This document shows, piece after piece, positions 58,507 to 64,000 of a stretch of 64,000 nucleotides of DNA (positions are counted from its first letter, which is position 1; each line of letters opens with the position of its first letter). The notes below the pieces were generated by a model. That model was not told the origin of the DNA, did not search any database, and worked only from the letters and a program-made list of their open reading frames with translations. A program made the translations under genes and the position numbers. The stretch is taken from NCBI GenBank assembly GCA_043756235.1, contig JAYURK010000172.1, forward strand, positions 6,310 to 70,309, written 5' to 3'. Origin of the DNA: Ferruginibacter sp. (GTDB taxonomy: Bacteria; Bacteroidota; Bacteroidia; Chitinophagales; Chitinophagaceae).

Positions 58507-60201
58507 TTAGGGTTTACTAAACCAGGTTTCGTAGGTGTGATAATCTCCGTTTAGTGCTCCTATGCGTAATAGTTCGTCCCTGTTCCAAACATATTCGCTG
58601 TTAAATCTTGGCCTTACACGATATACCGGCTTACCAAAATTTTCGGCGGCCACTACAGGCAGCACAAATGTTTTATAAACCTGAACTCCAGTTGCAGGGT
58701 CAAGGTCTGTCCAATGATATCTTCTCATATCCACAAATGTTTCAAAAAATCCCCATCCCCATAATGCAATGTATTTCTGCAGCATAATGTCGGTAAGGGT
58801 TAAGGCAGCAGGATTAGTTTTTACGTTTGCACTGCTCATGTAAGTGGCTCTTTCTGTTGCAGTAATTGGGTTACCGGTAAATAAAACAGCATTGCCCCTT
58901 GGCATGGTACTTCTGTTTACAAAATCAAAATGCAAATTTATACCGCTGGTATAAGCAGTTAATGCCGTGGTGGCATCGCCTTTTCTTAAAGCGGCTTCTG
59001 CTTTTATAAACTGAATTTCACTCGCAGTTAAAACGGGCATCACCACCCTGTCTGCAAATAAATAATGCCTGTACAATGGGTTAAATACAGATGCAGACGG
59101 GTTAGCATAAACGCTATCAGCCCATGGTGCTGGTACTCTTTTCCTGGCGTTTAACCAGTTTGTTGAACCCACTGCATATACGCCTGTTAAAGTTGAAAAG
59201 GGATCGCCGGTACCCGGTCCAACACCTCTAAAGCCGCCGTTACCATTTGCGGTATCTTCCGAAGCGGTTAACATATGTCTCATTCTTGGATCACGGCTTG
59301 CAGCTGTTGCCGGTGATGGTGTTACGCCAGCCAGTGCGGTGCCATCTAAAAGCCTTACCACAAAATCTGATTGGCGGTATAAAGCCAGGTTATTACGGAA
59401 TGTACCGAAAAAGTTGGCGTCGTCATTTTTTGCAGCATCAAATGGTATTAAAAAATCTTCAGAAGAGGTAGTGAATGACCTGTTGCAAAAAGCAATTACT
59501 GAATCTGCATTATAATTTGACTTATTAGTAATGCGGTGGGCATTACGGGCCATAAGTCCCCATGCAAATTTAATCCAGTTGGTATTATTACCATTGTACA
59601 CATAATCGCCTTTTAACAAACGGGTAGTTGTTGCCTCATTATCAGTTCGGCTAAGGTTAGTTATTCCCAACCTTAGTAAAGAATCTACACCAGCATAAAC
59701 AGTTTCCTGGTCGTCGTATTTAAAAAAGGCTTTGTTTTCTAAAAAGGCCTCTTTAAAAATAATTTCTCCATGATAATCTGTTGCATACTGAAACATCATA
59801 CCTTTTAGCACCTGTGCAGCGCCAACATAGTCCCATTGACCTTTTACTGTTGCATTCTCAATAATGTAGTCAAGATTTTTGCCCAATCCAAAATAGGCTT
59901 GTCTCCAAATATCACCATTGTTATCGCTGCCGCCTGCATAACTCATAAAATCAAAAACGCCGGCATTAGCAGAAGAATTTACGCCCCAGTTTTGTATGTA
60001 TTTACTTGCAAAACGGGCATCAAATTGTAACCCACGGGGTATAGCCCCCAGCATTGCTGGAAATACCGAAGAGGCATCAGGGTTTTGTGGCGTGTCTTCG
60101 TCCCTGTTTACATCTAAATATTTTTTACAGCCGCTTACAGAAATTAATATTACAAGCGCTGTAATTACTGTGATAAAATTATTTTTTTTCATTGTAATCA
60201 T
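58507..60201 (-). CDS. susD: SusD/RagB family lipoprotein
   Basis: Lipobox SGC; D.HGEI, D.VYNG....W.KFA, SEIQFIKAEA, IMLQKYIALW, DMRRY. Confidence 0.9.
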   Translation of the reverse strand: MITMKKNNFITVITALVILISVSGCKKYLDVNRDEDTPQNPDASSVFPAMLGAIPRGLQFDARFASKYIQNWGVNSSANAGVFDFMSYAGGSDNNGDIWRQAYFGLGKNLDYIIENATVKGQWDYVGAAQVLKGMMFQYATDYHGEIIFKEAFLENKAFFKYDDQETVYAGVDSLLRLGITNLSRTDNEATTTRLLKGDYVYNGNNTNWIKFAWGLMARNAHRITNKSNYNADSVIAFCNRSFTTSSEDFLIPFDAAKNDDANFFGTFRNNLALYRQSDFVVRLLDGTALAGVTPSPATAASRDPRMRHMLTASEDTANGNGGFRGVGPGTGDPFSTLTGVYAVGSTNWLNARKRVPAPWADSVYANPSASVFNPLYRHYLFADRVVMPVLTASEIQFIKAEAALRKGDATTALTAYTSGINLHFDFVNRSTMPRGNAVLFTGNPITATERATYMSSANVKTNPAALTLTDIMLQKYIALWGWGFFETFVDMRRYHWTDLDPATGVQVYKTFVLPVVAAENFGKPVYRVRPRFNSEYVWNRDELLRIGALNGDYHTYETWFSKP

Positions 60202-60211
60202 TTTTGATTTT

Positions 60212-63200
60212 TTAAAATTGAACTTTTAAACCAAAGTTTACACCTCTTGGTGTGGAAATAGAACCATAGTCTATACCGGAACCACCATAGCCCCTGGAAA
60301 ATGCGGTGTTGGCATTTACACTGGGATCGGCCCCTGTATAATTTGTAATAATAAATAAATCGGTACCTGTAATAAACACTGATGCATTGCTGATTACTTT
60401 TTGTCTTTTTAATAAAGCCTTAGGAAAAGTATAGCTTAAAGTGGCATCTCTTAACCTAACCCAATCTACCGATTCAATAAAATCAGCTTCTGTTGTATTA
60501 CCTGCGCCATAATAATCGGCCCTGTAGTAAGGGTTAACGGTTATGGTGTTTTTTGTTGGGTTAGTAGTGTTTTGTAATCCATCATTTAGTACACCATTAA
60601 TTACAATAGGGGTCTCCCTGTCTAATGTACGCTTGCTTAAACCGCTTACATATAAATAGTATTCGTTACCATTAAACACATCTCCGCCTTTTCTAAACTC
60701 AAGATTAAAACTGAAACTGAAGTTTTGATAAGAAATAGAATTTACAAACCCTATTTTATATTTAGATTGCCTGTCGCCAACAGGTATAAAATCTGCTGCA
60801 CCGTTTACAGCCGGAAGTCCTGATGCTGCATTGATCAATAATTGACCGGCGCTGTTTCTTCCTAATGGCGTTGCAGCTAATGCACCTACAGATGATCCGG
60901 GGAAAACCTGGCTTCTTACGTTACCAAATACCCAGGTATCCGCATCATAATAAGTAGACAAGCCCAGTGGTAAACTTTTTACTATACCACGGTTCCTGTC
61001 AAAGTTTACAGTTGCATCCCAATTCAATTTTTTGGTCTTTAAAATATTGGCTGTTATTATTGCCTCAAACCCTTTGTTTTCAACCAAGCCTCCGTTAAAA
61101 TATTTTAAAATGGCACCGGTACCATAACTTGCCCGGTTAGAAATAATTTGATTGCTGCTTTGCTGGTTATAAAAAGTAAAATCTACTGCTAACCTGTTTT
61201 TTAAAAATTTAAGTTCAGCACCGTATTCTAAAGTCTTAGTGAACTCAGGGCCTAAGCCAACATTGCTTCCGGTTACCGTAAACGCATAACCGCCACCTGT
61301 TGTGGTAGCCTGGCCAAACTGCGGATCGATAATGTAAGGATTTGCCGGCCCTTTACCAGTAGTACCATAACTTATCCTTGCTTTACCATAACTAAACCAG
61401 TCGTATTTATCAAATACTTTAAGGTCGCCAAAAATAAAACTTAACGATGCAGACCCATAATTATAAAAAGGATCTTTTACAACCGCATCGCTTAAAAAAG
61501 TACTTGTTCCTTCCCGTGATGCAGCAAAAGAAGCATACAATAAATTATCAAAAGACAAATTGTAATTACCAAAAAATCTTACTATTCGCTTTCTTATTAA
61601 TGTAGTTTTTCCAAATAATGTAAGTGGATCTGTATTATTTAATGATTTAAAATTTTGCTCAAAAAAACGTTCACCTTTTTGGGCTTCAATTTTTGTCAGG
61701 TTATCAAAGTTTGTAAACCCTCCAATAAAAGTATTGGAAAATTTACCTATTTTTTTCTTTACACTTCCCCTGAAAACATTGTTGAAGTTTTTGGTATTTT
61801 GTTCGTACACGGAATAAACACCATTGCTGGAAAATGCAAGCCTGCTGTTAGGGTTAAAAACAAAATCACCTGTTTGGCTGTACACATCTAATCCGGCAAT
61901 ATTGGTAAGGTTTAACCATTTTGTAGGATTAATGCTTATTGTAATCACACTGTTTAAACGATCTGTTTTATCTTCTCCACGATTTTTGTTTACATCCCAT
62001 AAAGGGTTGTCAAATTCTGCACCCAAAGTAGTAGAAGTAGTTCTGTATAATTTTCTGGTGCCATTGGGGTTTTGATAATCTCTTATATCAATATCGCTGG
62101 GAAAATTAAGCAGGTTCAATAAATAACCACCAGCACCTCTTGAAGATTTATTGGTAGTAGAATTTGAATAATTAATGGCTGTAGTAATATTTAATTTAGG
62201 CGAAACCTTTGCTGTACCGGTTACTCCAAAAGTTAGTTTTTCGTAAGCGTCGTTTGGCACAACACCTTTTTGTTTAAAATAACTTCCTGAAAAACGGTAG
62301 GTAGAAATTTCATTACCACCATCAACATCTACTGCATGTCTTTGTGAAAAGCCGCTTTGGAAAAAGTTGTTTACATTATCATACAATTGAGTACCTGCTT
62401 TATACTTAGGTCCAAAATAGCCGTAAATTAACCCAATAGCAAATGGGTTTACTGTTGCATTATTATCCTGTACACCCACGGCGCCTCTGCCGTAAGTAGT
62501 TTGTATTTCGGGGAACATATACAATTTTTCGGTACGGAAAGCATTACTGTACCGCATAGTTGCTTTACCCGATTTGCCTTTTCTGGTTACTACTATCACT
62601 GCACCGGAAGCACCATCAGAACCATAAAGTGCCGTAGCTTCAGGGCCTTTAAGAATAGTAACGCTCTCAATATCTTCCGAGTTTAAATCCATTGCCCTGT
62701 TACCATAATCAGAGTTGCGGTTATTAAATACCACCCCTCCTGCAGAAGCAAGGTTTTCTCCATTCATCGTTTGATTGTCGTACGGAACCCCATCAACCAC
62801 AAAAAGCGGAGAGTTGCTGCTGCCGATAGAAACAGCACCTCTTAATACAATAGAAGTAGAAGCACCCGGCGAACCTGCGGTAGGTGTTATGGTTGCACCA
62901 GCCACTCTTCCGGCTAATGCATTCAACCAGTTATCTCTTTGGGTTTCGGCTATAGCTTCACCTTTTACTTCCTGAGCAGTATATCCTAGCTCTCGTTTAC
63001 TTTTATTGATACCATAGGCGGTAACCACTACTTCGCCCAATTGCTTTTGTGCAAGTACCAGGCGGATGTTTATTTTTATATCATCGCCAACTGTAATTTC
63101 CTGACGGGCATAGTCTACAAATGTAAATACCAGCACTTGTCCTTTTTGTGCGGCTATTGTATAAAACCCAGCCTGGTTTGTTTTTGTTCCTGTTGTAGTT

Positions 63201-63337
63201 CCTTTTACCGTAACAGTTACATCTCTTAATGGCGCATTATCATCGTCGCCAATAACCACCCCGGTTATTTGTGCCTGTGTAAATAATGGAACAAGGAAAA
63301 ACAGCAATGCAATGATTCTGTTTGCAAGTTTTCTCAT
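60212..63337 (-). CDS. susC: SusC/RagA family TonB-dependent transporter
   Basis: EVVVTAYG, SPLFVVDGVP, DIES.TILKGPEATALYGS...GAVIV.TRKG, C-terminal GLKVQF. Confidence 0.95.
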   Translation of the reverse strand: MRKLANRIIALLFFLVPLFTQAQITGVVIGDDDNAPLRDVTVTVKGTTTGTKTNQAGFYTIAAQKGQVLVFTFVDYARQEITVGDDIKINIRLVLAQKQLGEVVVTAYGINKSKRELGYTAQEVKGEAIAETQRDNWLNALAGRVAGATITPTAGSPGASTSIVLRGAVSIGSSNSPLFVVDGVPYDNQTMNGENLASAGGVVFNNRNSDYGNRAMDLNSEDIESVTILKGPEATALYGSDGASGAVIVVTRKGKSGKATMRYSNAFRTEKLYMFPEIQTTYGRGAVGVQDNNATVNPFAIGLIYGYFGPKYKAGTQLYDNVNNFFQSGFSQRHAVDVDGGNEISTYRFSGSYFKQKGVVPNDAYEKLTFGVTGTAKVSPKLNITTAINYSNSTTNKSSRGAGGYLLNLLNFPSDIDIRDYQNPNGTRKLYRTTSTTLGAEFDNPLWDVNKNRGEDKTDRLNSVITISINPTKWLNLTNIAGLDVYSQTGDFVFNPNSRLAFSSNGVYSVYEQNTKNFNNVFRGSVKKKIGKFSNTFIGGFTNFDNLTKIEAQKGERFFEQNFKSLNNTDPLTLFGKTTLIRKRIVRFFGNYNLSFDNLLYASFAASREGTSTFLSDAVVKDPFYNYGSASLSFIFGDLKVFDKYDWFSYGKARISYGTTGKGPANPYIIDPQFGQATTTGGGYAFTVTGSNVGLGPEFTKTLEYGAELKFLKNRLAVDFTFYNQQSSNQIISNRASYGTGAILKYFNGGLVENKGFEAIITANILKTKKLNWDATVNFDRNRGIVKSLPLGLSTYYDADTWVFGNVRSQVFPGSSVGALAATPLGRNSAGQLLINAASGLPAVNGAADFIPVGDRQSKYKIGFVNSISYQNFSFSFNLEFRKGGDVFNGNEYYLYVSGLSKRTLDRETPIVINGVLNDGLQNTTNPTKNTITVNPYYRADYYGAGNTTEADFIESVDWVRLRDATLSYTFPKALLKRQKVISNASVFITGTDLFIITNYTGADPSVNANTAFSRGYGGSGIDYGSISTPRGVNFGLKVQF

Positions 63338-63430
63338 TTTGTGTAGTTTAGTTTTTGTAATGTATAATAAAATTAAATTAAAATACTAAATCGTATTTGT
63401 TTTTAGAGAGGATATTGGAGGATGAAAATA

Positions 63431-64000
63431 TTACAGCACAGTTATCCCTGCATCTTTATAGGGCCTCAGTACTGGATGATCGTGAGGTAACTCGGTAATT
63501 AAAACATCAATCTTTAATAAATCGCATACATGTATGGGTTGTATACTGTTTATTTTTTCTGAAATAGTTAAGCATACCGTTTTTTGCGATGCCGTAATCA
63601 TGGCTTGTTTTAAATGAACCACATCCCAATCATTATCGGTTATGCCGTGCTGCAGATCGATAGAGTTAATGCCGAGAAAACAAAGATCTGGTTTTAAACT
63701 TTTTATTCTGGTAAGTGCATCAGCGCCTAAAGTAATTTTAGAGTTTTTTGAAAGCTTATCTCCAATAACAATTACTTCAATGTTGGGATGATGCATATAC
63801 TCTACAACGGCAGGTATACTTCCCGAAATAAAAGTAGCATTTAAAGAAGCCGGTAACGCACGGGCCAGCTCAATAATGGTTGTACCGCCGCCGGTTAATA
63901 CAAACATGCCATCTTTAATCAACTTCACCGCTTTGCCTGCAATAATTTTTTTATTATCCTGCGAATAAACTTTTTTAGGAGAATAAGTGATGTCGTTAAA
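63431..64000 (-). CDS. DeoR/GlpR family transcriptional regulator; N-terminus lies outside the window
   Basis: Frame is open to the window end (K..IA.KAV.LIKDG..VLTGGGTT); DLCFLG, K.AMI, SEK. Confidence 0.88.
   Translation of the reverse strand, partial: FNDITYSPKKVYSQDNKKIIAGKAVKLIKDGMFVLTGGGTTIIELARALPASLNATFISGSIPAVVEYMHHPNIEVIVIGDKLSKNSKITLGADALTRIKSLKPDLCFLGINSIDLQHGITDNDWDVVHLKQAMITASQKTVCLTISEKINSIQPIHVCDLLKIDVLITELPHDHPVLRPYKDAGITVL

Noticed and set aside
1-64000. Prophage, IS, integron, rRNA or tRNA genes
   Set aside because: No integrase, transposase or phage protein among the ORFs, and no cloverleaf or rRNA-like sequence seen in the short spacers

Overview
A 64-kb chromosomal segment of an AT-rich Bacteroidota genome, probably Chitinophagaceae. 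This is inferred from SusC/SusD, a T9SS-type C-terminal domain, DUF4270, TAnnTTTG promoter motifs and A-rich leaders without an obvious SD. It holds about 50 mostly housekeeping genes (prc, panB/panC, ppk1/ppx, rfaE2, metK, rlmB, HMG-CoA lyase, miaE, trhO, purC, ychF) and no rRNA, tRNA, CRISPR, integrase or transposase that I can see. Accessory-looking pieces: (i) an AraC/S8/M57/TPR block bounded by a 10-bp direct repeat; (ii) a four-gene lipid/isoprenoid-modifying operon (CPBP, extended SDR, classical SDR, fatty-acid-hydroxylase family) whose divergent HTH regulator has an in-frame TAA; (iii) a FemAB-like plus GINT1-like pair; (iv) a lone nucleoside-deoxyribosyltransferase-like/TPR gene that seems to sit in the loop of a split terminator, the best candidate for a single-gene defence system; (v) two TonB transporter/fasciclin modules without enzymes. 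The window also has many 7-9-mer tandem arrays just before start codons, REP-like hairpins, an 18-nt in-frame insert in the HMG-CoA lyase gene, and a possible BRCT-like insertion in a SpmA/B membrane protein. All family calls come from motif recognition by eye; no searches were run.
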